A DNA stretch of 64,000 bases, from positions 3,890-67,889 of the forward strand of contig JAPPLW010000059.1 in assembly GCA_028819345.1 (NCBI GenBank). The letters are read 5' to 3'. Made by a program: the position numbers and the translations under genes. The notes under the pieces are model-generated. The model had not been told where the DNA came from. It searched no databases and worked only from the letters and a program-made list of their open reading frames with translations. Positions 18,617-28,430 of this stretch are shown here, one piece after another. The stretch is from a bacterium. Its GTDB lineage: Bacteria > Actinomycetota > Acidimicrobiia > Spongiisociales > ZC4RG35. Every line of letters starts with the position of its first letter. Within the stretch, counting starts at the first letter, position 1.

Positions 18617-19767
18617 CCGGACGGAGCGAGGTGGCGCGCCACGTCCTCGAAGGCGGTCTGTATGCGTTCCATCTGCTGGTCATTGTGCACCGCCGAGGCG
18701 ATGAGACGGATTCGCGAAGTCCCCGGAGGGACGTAGGGCGGGAGGACGGCCCGTACGAAGATGCCGTGGTGGATGAGTAGGTCCTCGGCCATCTGGGCCT
18801 TGGAGGCGTCGCCGAACATCACGGGGATTATCGGGTGGACCTTATCAGGCACGGAGAACCCGAGCCGGGTCAATGAAGAGTTGATCGTGACCGCGTTCTC
18901 CCAGAGCCGGTCCAAACGCTCCGGCTCGGACCGCATAACCCGTAGCGCCTCGAGCGCCGCCGCCGCGGCCACCGGAGAGGGGGCGGTCGTGAAAAGGAAC
19001 GTGCGGCACACCTTGCTCAAGTAGCCGATCACGTCCGACGACCCGGTGGCGAAGGCGCCGACGCTGCCCAACGCCTTCCCGAGTGTTCCCACTATCACAT
19101 CGGCTCGGTCAGCCCGTTGGTAATGGCCTGTCGAGCCCTTCCCGCCGGAGCCCAGGACGCCGGTGGCATGAGCGTCGTCCAAAACGAGCATGGCGTCATG
19201 CTTGTCGGCCAGGTCGGCTATCTCGTCCACCGGAGCGAGCGTGCCGTTCATCGAGAAGACACTGTCGGTTACCACCAGGCTCTTTCCGGAAGCCCCATCG
19301 AGTTGGTGACCCAGGTCCTCCGCGTCACAGTGCCGGTAGACCCTTATCTCGGCGCCGCTCAACCTGGCGCCGTCAATGATGCTGGCGTGATTGAGTTCGT
19401 CGCTGCACACGGTATCTCCCCTTCCGGGAAAAGCGGAGACAACCCCCAGGTTGGCCGCGTACCCGGATGCGAACAGGAGCGCTGATTCGGCTGCCTTCAG
19501 ATCCGCCAGTTCCTCCTCGAGTTCTCGATGTATCGCGGTGTCCCCTCCAACGTGGCGGGACGCCCGGGCTCCCGCTCCGAAGGTCGTCAGGGCGGCCTGT
19601 GCGGCAGCGATGACCCTGGGATCGGAAGCCAGGCCGAGGTAATCGTTCAGCCCAAGGGCGATGTGGGTGCGTCCCGCATGGTGGATCTCGCCGGGCCGGA
19701 CTACGTCGGAGGCGGGATCGGACGGCGGCCAGACGGCGGCCTGATCGGTAATGCGGTCCCGAATCAT
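18613..19767 (-). CDS. PLP-dependent alpha-oxoamine synthase (2-amino-3-ketobutyrate CoA ligase / 8-amino-7-oxononanoate synthase family)
   Basis: Class-II aminotransferase fold. SDELNHASIIDG and SMNGT motifs are typical of Kbl/BioF. 4-nt overlap with the PTE-family gene. Confidence 0.8.
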   Translation of the reverse strand: MIRDRITDQAAVWPPSDPASDVVRPGEIHHAGRTHIALGLNDYLGLASDPRVIAAAQAALTTFGAGARASRHVGGDTAIHRELEEELADLKAAESALLFASGYAANLGVVSAFPGRGDTVCSDELNHASIIDGARLSGAEIRVYRHCDAEDLGHQLDGASGKSLVVTDSVFSMNGTLAPVDEIADLADKHDAMLVLDDAHATGVLGSGGKGSTGHYQRADRADVIVGTLGKALGSVGAFATGSSDVIGYLSKVCRTFLFTTAPSPVAAAAALEALRVMRSEPERLDRLWENAVTINSSLTRLGFSVPDKVHPIIPVMFGDASKAQMAEDLLIHHGIFVRAVLPPYVPPGTSRIRLIASAVHNDQQMERIQTAFEDVARHLAPSG

Positions 19768-19852
19768 CTCACACCTTCCTTCGGCACAAATGGCATTTCC
19801 TCACCGCCTTCCTCCAGCAAGGGGGATCCTGATTGCTCATAGCGGCTCAACA

Positions 19853-21418
19853 TCACCTTCGCAGCACCCGCCCGGGCCGGGTCCCCGAGAGCCTACCGGC
19901 CAGCATCACGGGCTTCCCGTTGACCAGCACGTGCTCCATTCCCTCAGCCAACACATTCGGCTCGTACCTGGTTGCCTTTTCGCGGAAAACCGCCGGGTCG
20001 AATACTGCGACGTCGGCGAAGGCCTTCGGTCTCAGCACGCCGCGGTCGGAGAGGCCGAGGCGGTCGGCCGGAAGGCCGGACAGTCGGCGTACCGCTTCGC
20101 TCGGTGAGAGGAATCCCTCCGGGCCGGCAGAGAAGTTGTAGAAGTAGGAGGCCCAGGTGTATGCACCGTGGAACGTACCTCCCGCAAGGGGACCGTCGGG
20201 CGCCATGGTGGTGGCGTCGGAGGCCGGCATAGCCAGCGGGTGGGCGAAAGCCCTCCGCTGCTGGTCGGCGCTGTGACAGTCGATCAGGACCATCAGGGAG
20301 CCCATGGTCTCGATCGCTCCCAGCAACAGGTCGTAGATGCAGTCCAGTGCCTCCTGTCCCCGCTCGGCGGCGATCGATCCGATCGACCGGCGGCCGTAGT
20401 CGGGATAGGCGTCATGGTCCAGCAATTCGATACGCTCCCAGTCGCCGCCTGCGCTGAGGATGCTTCGGAAGTCCTTCATCTCCCGGCGTGCGTCGCTGCT
20501 TCGGAGCACGGAAGCGAGTCCGTCGACACCGCCGGCCATCGCCCATGGGGGAAGCACCGAGTAGAGATAGGTGAACCCGAACAGGCGGGTGTGCACGTCG
20601 AATGCGATGTCCAGGCCCTCATGGCGGGCCTCGTCGACCATTTCCAGGCATTGTTCCATCTCGGCGTCGCCGCTTCGGGGAACCAGGTGGGAGACCTGGA
20701 GCCTCACCCCGGCGGCCCTGGCGGTCCTGATCGCCTCGGCCACCCCCTCGGGCGCGCCGGCGTCACGGTAGCGGGCATGGCAGACGTACAGGTCGTCCCG
20801 CTCGGCGAGCGGAGCGCACAGCTTGGTGACCTCCGACTCGGAAGCGCCGGCCTCGGTTGCGTACTCGAGGCCGGTCGAGAGGCCCCAAGCGCCCTCTTCC
20901 AGCGCGGTGGCGAGAAGTCGGGCCATGCGGTCCAGCTCCCCTTCCGTTGACAGCCGGTCGGTCAGGCCCACTTCGGCCAGGCGGAGTTGACCATGGGGGA
21001 CCATGCTCATGACGTTCAGGGCCGGCTCCGCCTGCTCGAGCCGGGAGAAGTAGCCCGAGGCGGAGTCCCAATCGAGGGGGACCGACTCCGAGTAGCCGTA
21101 TATCGCCTTCAGGGCGAGTTCGCGGTCCCGGATGGGAAAGCATCCATGGCCGCAGTTGCCGACCACCTCCGTGGTGACTCCCTGGTGGATGGCGCTGACT
21201 GCCCGGGGGTCGGCCAGGAGGGTGTAGTCGGAATGGCTGTGGATGTCGATGAATCCCGGCGTCACGAACAGTCCCGTGGCGTCCAGTTCCTCACCCTGGC
21301 GTGAATCCAGGTCCCCTATCGCGGCGATACGTTCGCCAACGATGCCTACATCGGCCCGCCGGGGATCACCGCCGGTTCCGTCCAGTACGGTGCCGCCCCG
21401 AATGATGTAGTCAAACAT
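19853..21418 (-). CDS. D-aminoacylase-type amidohydrolase (N-acyl-D-amino-acid deacylase family)
   Basis: MFDYIIRGGTVLDG...TPGFIDIHSHSD. 521 aa, D-aminoacylase-like architecture. Confidence 0.75.
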   Translation of the reverse strand: MFDYIIRGGTVLDGTGGDPRRADVGIVGERIAAIGDLDSRQGEELDATGLFVTPGFIDIHSHSDYTLLADPRAVSAIHQGVTTEVVGNCGHGCFPIRDRELALKAIYGYSESVPLDWDSASGYFSRLEQAEPALNVMSMVPHGQLRLAEVGLTDRLSTEGELDRMARLLATALEEGAWGLSTGLEYATEAGASESEVTKLCAPLAERDDLYVCHARYRDAGAPEGVAEAIRTARAAGVRLQVSHLVPRSGDAEMEQCLEMVDEARHEGLDIAFDVHTRLFGFTYLYSVLPPWAMAGGVDGLASVLRSSDARREMKDFRSILSAGGDWERIELLDHDAYPDYGRRSIGSIAAERGQEALDCIYDLLLGAIETMGSLMVLIDCHSADQQRRAFAHPLAMPASDATTMAPDGPLAGGTFHGAYTWASYFYNFSAGPEGFLSPSEAVRRLSGLPADRLGLSDRGVLRPKAFADVAVFDPAVFREKATRYEPNVLAEGMEHVLVNGKPVMLAGRLSGTRPGRVLRR

Positions 21419-21584
21419 GTCCCGGTGAATGCCTTCGAGTCAAGTCTTCAAGTGGCCGGTCTTGCAACTGATAACGGCGCTGTCATGTAGGTGGGAGGCG
21501 CCGAATCGTCGTCGGGTAAGGGGCAAAAATATCGCTCCACCCCCTGACCGCGGCAGGGGTGCGTGGCTACCATGGCTGATATAT

Positions 21585-21608
21585 GTTACACAATGCATAT
21601 TGTGCAAC
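21585..21608. promoter_or_regulatory. 24-bp near-perfect palindrome GTTACACAATGCATATTGTGCAAC in the divergent intergenic region
   Basis: 9 of 10 positions match between the two arms. Lies between the divergent D-aminoacylase operon and the ABC/amidase/GntR operon. GT-N-AC cores fit a GntR-family operator. Confidence 0.5.
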
Positions 21609-21711
21609 AGGCAGGAGCGCCGGCTTCCGCTGACCATCGCTGCTGCTCTCCATAAAGACCATTGGAGTGACATATCGAGCAGTGTCACGTCCGATAGGAA
21701 GGATTGAACAG

Positions 21712-22782
21712 ATGCCTAAGAAATACTTACGAAGTCTCGTAGCTGTCATCATCGCTCTCGCCATGGTGGCGGCAGCCTGCGGTGAGGATGAGCCCGCAGA
21801 GACCACGGCGGCGCCAACCACAACCGCCGCTCCGACTACCACCGCGGCTCCCGAGGAAGAGCCGATTCGTATCGGGCTGGTCATTCCCGACTTCACCCAG
21901 AACGAGCTGATCCTTGCCCTGAAGACCGGCGCGGACGACGCCGCTGCCGACTACGGCGTGGAACTGTTGGTGACAGGTAGCGGTAGCGCCCAGGATCTGG
22001 TGGCAGCCGTCGAGAACTACGCGGCTGCAGGTGTTGACGTGATCGTCTATGACACGATCGACGCCCAGGCCCTGGCGCCTGCGATTCTCGCCTTGAACGA
22101 CGCCGGCATTCCGGTGGTCTGCACGGTTGCCTGTGCTTCCGAGGGCGTCAGCGCCATCGAGATCGGCTACGACTACCGGACCGACATGGGACGGCCGCTC
22201 GGTGATTGGCTGGCCGCTTACGAGCCGGCGCCGAAGAAACTCGCCTTCATCGACTCCAACCAGGCCGATGAATCGATCGCTGCCATCTACGCCGGAATCG
22301 AAGACGGCCTGGAAGCCGGTGGACTGACTGACGTCGAGAGGGTTGTATCCCCACCCACCAACTGGGACCGGGCGGCAGGCCTCGACGCGGCAAGGTCACT
22401 GCTGACCGCCCACCCGGATGTGGACATCATCGTGGGCTTGCATGACCTCCTGGCCGGGGCGACCCTGACCGCCATGGAGGAGCTGGGTTACAAGGAGACC
22501 ACTTTGACCGGTCTCGGCGGCACCTGCGAAGGCCTCATGAACATTCTTGAGGGCCGCCAGGCGCTCACCGTGATCCAACCGCTCTATCCGGCCGGCTACC
22601 TGGCCGTTGAAGCGGCCGTCAAGATCGCCCAGGGAGAAACCATGACAGAGGACTTCATCCCGATCGGCATGGTGGTGGTCGACAAGGCGTTCGCCGAAGG
22701 CGTGCTGGACGGTTCGGAAGAGCCCGTGCAGAGCGGTGTTGACCTCAAGACAGCACTGGACGCCGCAGCGGCTGGTTGCTAA
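21712..22782 (+). CDS. ABC transporter substrate-binding lipoprotein, periplasmic-binding-protein type 1 (ribose/sugar-binding-like fold)
   Basis: MPKKYLRSLVAVIIALAMVAAAC lipobox, then a Thr/Ala/Pro-rich linker and a PBP1 fold (IGLVIPD...). Start chosen at the ATG at 21712 rather than the upstream ORF start. Confidence 0.75.
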   Translation: MPKKYLRSLVAVIIALAMVAAACGEDEPAETTAAPTTTAAPTTTAAPEEEPIRIGLVIPDFTQNELILALKTGADDAAADYGVELLVTGSGSAQDLVAAVENYAAAGVDVIVYDTIDAQALAPAILALNDAGIPVVCTVACASEGVSAIEIGYDYRTDMGRPLGDWLAAYEPAPKKLAFIDSNQADESIAAIYAGIEDGLEAGGLTDVERVVSPPTNWDRAAGLDAARSLLTAHPDVDIIVGLHDLLAGATLTAMEELGYKETTLTGLGGTCEGLMNILEGRQALTVIQPLYPAGYLAVEAAVKIAQGETMTEDFIPIGMVVVDKAFAEGVLDGSEEPVQSGVDLKTALDAAAAGC

Positions 22783-22811
22783 ACACCGACAACTTCTAAC
22801 CCATTAGGTGA

Positions 22812-22859
22812 CGATGGCTCCCTCCTGCCAATCCAAGAGATGCGGCGGGAGGGAGCCAT
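22812..22859 (+). other. Intra-operon stem-loop (13-bp stem GATGGCTCCCTCC / GGGAGGGAGCCATC)
   Basis: Inverted repeat between the binding-protein gene and the permease gene. This is a typical partial terminator that sets a high binding-protein-to-permease ratio. Confidence 0.45.
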
Positions 22860-22918
22860 CGGCCTGATCCTGGGCTCGTTAGAGTCCGCATAGGGACAAA
22901 GAGCGGCTTGAAAGAAGT

Positions 22919-23950
22919 GTGAGTTTCGTGGTTGACTCGAATCAGGCGCAAGCGAGCGAGGGGCCCGCAAGGGTGCGACGTGGCTTGATCAGATACCGGC
23001 AACTGTGGGCGTTGTTGATTGCGGTTCTGCTCCTTTGGACTTACCTGAGCTTTGCCAGCCCCTACTTCATGACCGTGCAGAACCTGACCAACATCGCTTT
23101 GCAGAGTTCGGTGGTGGGGATCATGGCGGTCGGGTTCACCATCCTGCTGATCGGCGGAGAGATCGACCTGGCGATCGGCTCCACCCAGGCCCTGGCCGGA
23201 ACCATGGCCGCACTGCTCATCATCCAACGCGAACTGCCGATCTGGGCCGGGGTACTGATAGTGCTGGGCATGGGCCTGATCGTCGGGAACGTGAACGGGT
23301 ACTTCTCCCTGTTCACAAAGGTCCCGTCGTTCATCGTCACGCTGGCCATGCTGGGGGTCCTCCAGGGCCTTGCCTTCGTGATGACCAGCGGACAGACGAT
23401 CGGTGGGTTCCCGGAAGCCTTCAAAGTCCTGGGTCACGGCAAGGTGGGGGTGATCCCGCTACCGGTGATCATCTTCTTTTCGGTCACCGTGGTCGTGCAA
23501 CTGGTGCTGAGCCACACACGATACGGCGTGGAACTGTACGCCACCGGTGGCAATCGGGAGGCGGCGGAACTGGTGGGCATAAGCGTCAGGAGGGTCTTGA
23601 TGCTGGCCTTCATCGCCAGTTCGATGCTGTGCACCCTGGCGGGGCTGGTGCTGAGCGCCCGGCTGAACGCCGGCCACGGCTCCTTCGGATCGGAGTCGCT
23701 GCTCGATGCGGTGGCGGCGGTGATCATCGGGGGGACATCGCTGAACGGCGGCGCCGGCAATACGTTCGGGACGCTTCTGGGGATCATCCTGATAAGCACC
23801 ATCAAGAACGGCCTGATCCTGCTGGGGGTGGATCCGTTCTGGCAGCAGGTGGCGGTCGGCGCCCTGATCCTGGCAGCAGTCCTGGTGGACAAGACCATCA
23901 AGGGCGAACTGGCGCCGGGAGACCTCCTGCCCAGGTTGGTGAGACGATGA
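22919..23950 (+). CDS. ABC transporter permease (RbsC/branched sugar-type, CUT2 family)
   Basis: About 10 TM segments with CUT2-permease-like sequence (GGEIDLAIGS...). Confidence 0.8.
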   Translation: MSFVVDSNQAQASEGPARVRRGLIRYRQLWALLIAVLLLWTYLSFASPYFMTVQNLTNIALQSSVVGIMAVGFTILLIGGEIDLAIGSTQALAGTMAALLIIQRELPIWAGVLIVLGMGLIVGNVNGYFSLFTKVPSFIVTLAMLGVLQGLAFVMTSGQTIGGFPEAFKVLGHGKVGVIPLPVIIFFSVTVVVQLVLSHTRYGVELYATGGNREAAELVGISVRRVLMLAFIASSMLCTLAGLVLSARLNAGHGSFGSESLLDAVAAVIIGGTSLNGGAGNTFGTLLGIILISTIKNGLILLGVDPFWQQVAVGALILAAVLVDKTIKGELAPGDLLPRLVRR

Positions 23951-24738
23951 CTGTGTCCGCTCCCCCGGGCATGAGCGGGCCCAACGGGAACGGCGCCCTC
24001 GACCGGATTCCCGGGCCGGTGATGATGGCCAGGGGCGTCCACAAGTCCTTCGGCCAGGTACGCGCCCTGATCGACGCCACGTTTCAGGTCGACGAGGGAG
24101 AGACCGTGGCGATAGTGGGTGACAACGGCGCCGGCAAGTCGACGCTGGTCAAGATCCTGACCGGCGCCATACAACCGGATACCGGCTCCCTCGAACTGGA
24201 CGGTACGGAGGTGAGTTTCCGAACCACCCGGGACTCTTTGCAACTGGGGGTGACGGCGGTCTATCAGAACCTGGCGCTGGCCGACAACATGACCGTGGCC
24301 GAAAACGTGTTCCTGGGCCGGGTGCCTACCCGATGGCTCAGGGTGGACCGCCGGAGGATGGAAAAGGAGTCGGCGGAACTCCTCGACTCCCTGGCGATCA
24401 ACGTGCCCGACGTCAGAGCACGGACGGCATTGCTGTCGGGTGGACAGCGTCAGGCGGTGGCGATCGCCCGGGCCTTCCGGTCCGGCCGGAGGCTGATGAT
24501 CCTGGACGAGCCGACCGCAGCCCTGGGAGTCCAGGAGGGCCAGAAGGTCTTGGACATCATCGAAGGGCTCAAGGGACAGAGGGTCTCGATCATCGTGGTC
24601 AGTCACAACCTCGACCACGTGTTCCGGGTGGCTGATCGAATCGTGGTGATGAGGGGAGGCCGGATTGTGGGTTCACGCCGAAAGGAAGAAACGACCACCG
24701 CCGACATCGTCCATCTGATAGTGGGAACCCGGGAGTGA
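23947..24738 (+). CDS. ABC transporter ATP-binding protein (single nucleotide-binding domain)
   Basis: ATGA overlap with the permease. Walker A GDNGAGKST, signature LSGGQRQAV. Only 263 aa, so a single NBD. Confidence 0.85.
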   Translation: MTVSAPPGMSGPNGNGALDRIPGPVMMARGVHKSFGQVRALIDATFQVDEGETVAIVGDNGAGKSTLVKILTGAIQPDTGSLELDGTEVSFRTTRDSLQLGVTAVYQNLALADNMTVAENVFLGRVPTRWLRVDRRRMEKESAELLDSLAINVPDVRARTALLSGGQRQAVAIARAFRSGRRLMILDEPTAALGVQEGQKVLDIIEGLKGQRVSIIVVSHNLDHVFRVADRIVVMRGGRIVGSRRKEETTTADIVHLIVGTRE

Positions 24739-24778
24739 GGCGGTCGATGTCGGTGGTAAGGAACGGTTGGGAGAGAAA

Positions 24779-26338
24779 ATGACTCGAATGGAACGCAACC
24801 GCCGGACCGTCCGGCCTCCCTCGGCTGGAGACATAGAGGAGACGGCGGCTCACGACGGGATCGAGCTCGCCGGAGGGGAAGCCGAGGAACTCTCCGGCAT
24901 AGTCACCGCCCTGGTGATGGCCGCCGGAGACGCCGACCGCTTCAACCCGCCGGAAGTCCCCACCTTCCAGACTTCGCGTGATCCCGGTCGACGGCCTTCG
25001 GTGACCGACGACCCCCTGAACGCCTTCATCCGGATGTGCGACGTGCAGGGCGCCGACCAGGGTCCCCTTTCGGGTTGGCGGCTGGGCGTGAAGGACAACA
25101 TCGCAGTGGCCGGGGTGCCGATGACCAACGGGTCCGTCTTCCCTCCGTTCGTCCCCACGCTGGACTCGGTCGTCGTCGAGAGGATGCTCAAAGCCGGGGG
25201 ATCGATCGTGGGCACACTCAACATGGACGACCACGGCGGCGGAGCCACCGGGGTGATGAGCGCTTTCGGCCCGGCCCGCAACCCGCTCGACCCGTCGCGG
25301 ACCGCGGGGGGTTCGTCGGGGGGTGCGGGGTCAGCGGTGGCGTCAGGAGCCGTCGACGGCGCTCTGGGAGTGGACCAGGGCGGAAGCGGCCGGATACCCG
25401 CGGCATGCTGTGGAGTGGCGACGGTCAAGGCCACCCACGGCCTCATTCCCACCTTCGGTGTGACCCCGATCGACCACAGCATCGACTACGTGACACCACT
25501 TGCCCGCTCGGTTAGGGAAGTCGCCATCCTGCTGGAGGTGATCGCCGGCGAGGACTGGCGCGATCCCCAGGGGATCCACATTCCCATCGAGATCCCCGAG
25601 TACCGGCGCGCCGAAGGAGAAGGCGTCGCCGGTCTTCGGATCGGGTTGATCGACGAAAGCGTCACGGGCGTCGACTGCGAGCCGGTGGTGGTCGAAACGA
25701 TCAATGACGCGGTGGGGGCACTGGAGCAGGCCGGCGCCGAGGTTGAGAGGATCTCCTTCCGGGAGTGGAGCGAGGCCTCCAGCATATTCGGGCCCTACGT
25801 GGCCCACCTGGTTGGCAACATGCTGAGGACCGAGGGGGGCAGCCACGGTCACATGGGATACATCGACGTCGACCGGATGCATGCCTTCGCCACCAGCCGG
25901 CGCGCCCAGTCCCGCGAGCTGAACCCCTACGTCAAGTGCTGGACCATCGCCAGCCGGTACCTGATGGAGCGGTACATGAACGTCCCGTTCGGCCGCTTGC
26001 ACAATGCGCGGCTCGAGTCGCGGCGGCGCATAAGCGAACTGCTGGGCACATGGGACCTGCTGATCACGCCCACCATCCCGTTCACTGCGCCGAAACTGCC
26101 CGAGGCCCCCACACCGATCGCCGACCTCCTGGCGGACTCCAAAGCCAGTGTGGCGTTCAACACATCGCCGCTCAACATGTCGGGGCATCCGGCCATGGCG
26201 GTGCCCGGTTTGTATGACTCCGACGGTCTGCCCGCCTCGGTACAGATCGTCGCCGCTCACTTCGACGAATTCACCGCCTTCCGGGCGGCCTTCGTACTCG
26301 AGGAGTACTTTGCCGGGCGGAAGCCCGAGTCGGCCTGA
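24779..26338 (+). CDS. Amidase (amidase-signature family)
   Basis: GGSSGGAGSAVA amidase-signature motif and the Ser-cisSer-Lys region. The track ORF starts at a TTG at 24767; the ATG at 24779 follows GGAGAG. Confidence 0.85.
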   Translation: MTRMERNRRTVRPPSAGDIEETAAHDGIELAGGEAEELSGIVTALVMAAGDADRFNPPEVPTFQTSRDPGRRPSVTDDPLNAFIRMCDVQGADQGPLSGWRLGVKDNIAVAGVPMTNGSVFPPFVPTLDSVVVERMLKAGGSIVGTLNMDDHGGGATGVMSAFGPARNPLDPSRTAGGSSGGAGSAVASGAVDGALGVDQGGSGRIPAACCGVATVKATHGLIPTFGVTPIDHSIDYVTPLARSVREVAILLEVIAGEDWRDPQGIHIPIEIPEYRRAEGEGVAGLRIGLIDESVTGVDCEPVVVETINDAVGALEQAGAEVERISFREWSEASSIFGPYVAHLVGNMLRTEGGSHGHMGYIDVDRMHAFATSRRAQSRELNPYVKCWTIASRYLMERYMNVPFGRLHNARLESRRRISELLGTWDLLITPTIPFTAPKLPEAPTPIADLLADSKASVAFNTSPLNMSGHPAMAVPGLYDSDGLPASVQIVAAHFDEFTAFRAAFVLEEYFAGRKPESA

Positions 26339-26341
26339 GAC

Positions 26342-27682
26342 ATGACCTTCCGGGGGCCTTTGGAGAGGCGGGCCCTCGAGTATCTGTGGATTCACGAGAG
26401 TCCGCGCTCCGAACTGGTGGACCACGACATGCTGAGGGTGTTCGACCGGGGTGAGGGAGCATGGCTCTGGGACACCCGGGGCGATCGCTACTTCGACCTC
26501 TGCTCGTCGATGTGGCAGACGCCTCTCGGGCATGGTCGATCCGACATCACCGCGGCAATGGCCGAACAGGCCCGCAACGTAGCCACCGCCGGGCCGATCT
26601 TCTTCACCACCCGGGGAGCGGTGGAACTGGCCGAGCGGCTGGCGGCGTCGGCGCCGGGGGATCTTCAACACTCGTTTCTCACCAGTTCCGGCTCGGAGGC
26701 CACCGAGACCGCCATCAAACTGGCCCGCCAGTATCACCGCATACGGGGCGATCACCATCGCTACAAGGTCATATCCCGCTATGGCTCGTATCACGGGGCC
26801 GGAGCGGGAGGCCTGGCCATGTCGGGCCGTCGACACCGCGACTCCATGTACTACCCGTTGATGCCGGGAGGAGTGCACGTCATGCCCCCGACGGGGACCT
26901 CCGACCTCCAATATGCCGAACAGATCCGGGAAGTGATCGAACTGGAGGGACCCGAGACGGTGGCGGCGGTTATCGGAGAACCGGTGGCGATCACCGAGTT
27001 CCGGATCCCGGATGAGACCTACTGGCCCCGGGTGAGAGAGATATGTGACTCCTACGGCGTCTTGCTGATAGCCGACGAGACGCTGGTGGGGTGCTGTCGG
27101 AGCGGGCGGATGTGGGCGATCGAACACTGGAACGTGGTGCCGGATGTGATGGTGGTGGCCAAGGCCTTGAGCGGCGGATACGCTCCGGTGGCCGCCATGA
27201 TCGTCCGAGAGCACATCTTCTCGGCGTTCGGCCGTGACACGGGCTCTCCCTCGGTCCAGAGCTACGGGGGCCACGGCGCAAGCGCCGCGGCGGCCGCCAA
27301 GGCGATGGAGATCTATGTGACAGAGCGCATGGACCTGGTCGCCGAGAGCCTGGGCGCGGACCTGTATGGAATGTTGAGCGAAGCCGGAGTCAGGGAGTTT
27401 CCGGTCGTGGGAGATGTACGGCGGTTCGGCCTGTGGATCGGGATCGAACTTGTCAACCCGGTGACCGGCGAGTCCTACGCCACCGGGATTAAGGGCAGGT
27501 ACGAGGTGGCCAAAGAACTCAGCCGGCGGTTGTTGAGACTCGGCTGCGCGGCGGCTCGGATGTCGGAGGGGATCCTGCACGTGGCCCCTCCGTATGTGTC
27601 AACCTCAGAGGACCTCGACTTCGTCGCCGAATCGGTGTTTTCCGTCTTAGGCGAGATGTCCGATATGCTATCTCAAGGCTGA
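26342..27682 (+). CDS. Class-III (omega) aminotransferase, PLP-dependent
   Basis: SGSEATETAIKLAR and the overall aminotransferase class-III sequence, similar to beta-alanine/omega-amino-acid:pyruvate transaminases. Confidence 0.85.
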   Translation: MTFRGPLERRALEYLWIHESPRSELVDHDMLRVFDRGEGAWLWDTRGDRYFDLCSSMWQTPLGHGRSDITAAMAEQARNVATAGPIFFTTRGAVELAERLAASAPGDLQHSFLTSSGSEATETAIKLARQYHRIRGDHHRYKVISRYGSYHGAGAGGLAMSGRRHRDSMYYPLMPGGVHVMPPTGTSDLQYAEQIREVIELEGPETVAAVIGEPVAITEFRIPDETYWPRVREICDSYGVLLIADETLVGCCRSGRMWAIEHWNVVPDVMVVAKALSGGYAPVAAMIVREHIFSAFGRDTGSPSVQSYGGHGASAAAAAKAMEIYVTERMDLVAESLGADLYGMLSEAGVREFPVVGDVRRFGLWIGIELVNPVTGESYATGIKGRYEVAKELSRRLLRLGCAAARMSEGILHVAPPYVSTSEDLDFVAESVFSVLGEMSDMLSQG

Positions 27683-27711
27683 GAGACGACTCGACGAAAG
27701 GGGCGACGAGG

Positions 27712-28380
27712 TTGCAGCACAACTGGACCATAGAACAGCGGATTACCAAGGAGCTTCGAGACCTCATAGTGGCAGGGGAACTCGAACCGGGCGTCCGGGT
27801 CCGCTATCGGGATCTTGCCGAGCAGTTCGGGGTCAGTGTTACGCCGGTTCGCGCCGCGGTGCGGGAACTGGCGCACGAGGGGTTGATCGACGCCCGCCCC
27901 AACTCCGCCAACTACGTGTCTCCGCTGTCACTCGATGAGATCGAACAGCTGTACCTGGCCAGGATGGGGTTTGAATCGTGGCTGGCCCGCCTGGGGGCTC
28001 CCCGCCTGTCGAGCCAGGGCTTGAGCGTGATGGAGGAGAGGCTCCAGAGGTTCCAGGCGGCCGCCGAGCAAAGCAAAACCGAATGCCTGATGGACATCGC
28101 CTGGGAGATGCGGTCGGTCTGTTACGAGGCCGCCGATCGTCCCAGCCTGCTGCAAAAGGCGGCGGACCTTTACGATCGCTCCCGCCGTTACACCCATCGG
28201 ACACTGATGGTTGCTTCCCGACGCCAAAGGTCGGCAGTCGTGGCGAAGGCCTTTTACGGCGCCTGCCTGGAGCGCGACGGCAGTCTGGCTGCGGAGACCA
28301 TCCGGGGGGCACTTGAGGTGACCTTCCAAGATCTCCTCAGCATGATCGACCCGGCGGAAAACGGGCAACTGGCCTCCTAG
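27712..28380 (+). CDS. GntR family transcriptional regulator (FadR/FCD subfamily)
   Basis: N-terminal wHTH (LAEQFGVSVTPVRAAVRELAHEGLI) plus an FCD-type C-terminal domain. Last gene of the operon. Confidence 0.85.
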   Translation: MQHNWTIEQRITKELRDLIVAGELEPGVRVRYRDLAEQFGVSVTPVRAAVRELAHEGLIDARPNSANYVSPLSLDEIEQLYLARMGFESWLARLGAPRLSSQGLSVMEERLQRFQAAAEQSKTECLMDIAWEMRSVCYEAADRPSLLQKAADLYDRSRRYTHRTLMVASRRQRSAVVAKAFYGACLERDGSLAAETIRGALEVTFQDLLSMIDPAENGQLAS

Positions 28381-28430
28381 ACGGTCGGCTGCGATACCGG
28401 CCTCCGGGCCGGGGCCCCGTGGCGGGGAAC

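Noticed and set aside
21541-21559. Hairpin CCCCTG-accgcgg-CAGGGG upstream of the 24-bp palindrome
   Set aside because: It lies 5' of both flanking genes, so it is not a terminator. Too short to assign a function.
23005-23946. Upstream part of the 577-aa ORF overlapping the permease gene
   Set aside because: Alternative-frame read-through. The real ATPase starts at the ATGA overlap at 23947.
25343-27580. 745-aa minus-strand ORF antisense to the amidase and aminotransferase genes
   Set aside because: Gly/Arg/Pro-rich low-complexity translation typical of antisense frames in 68% GC DNA. The plus-strand genes carry unambiguous catalytic motifs.
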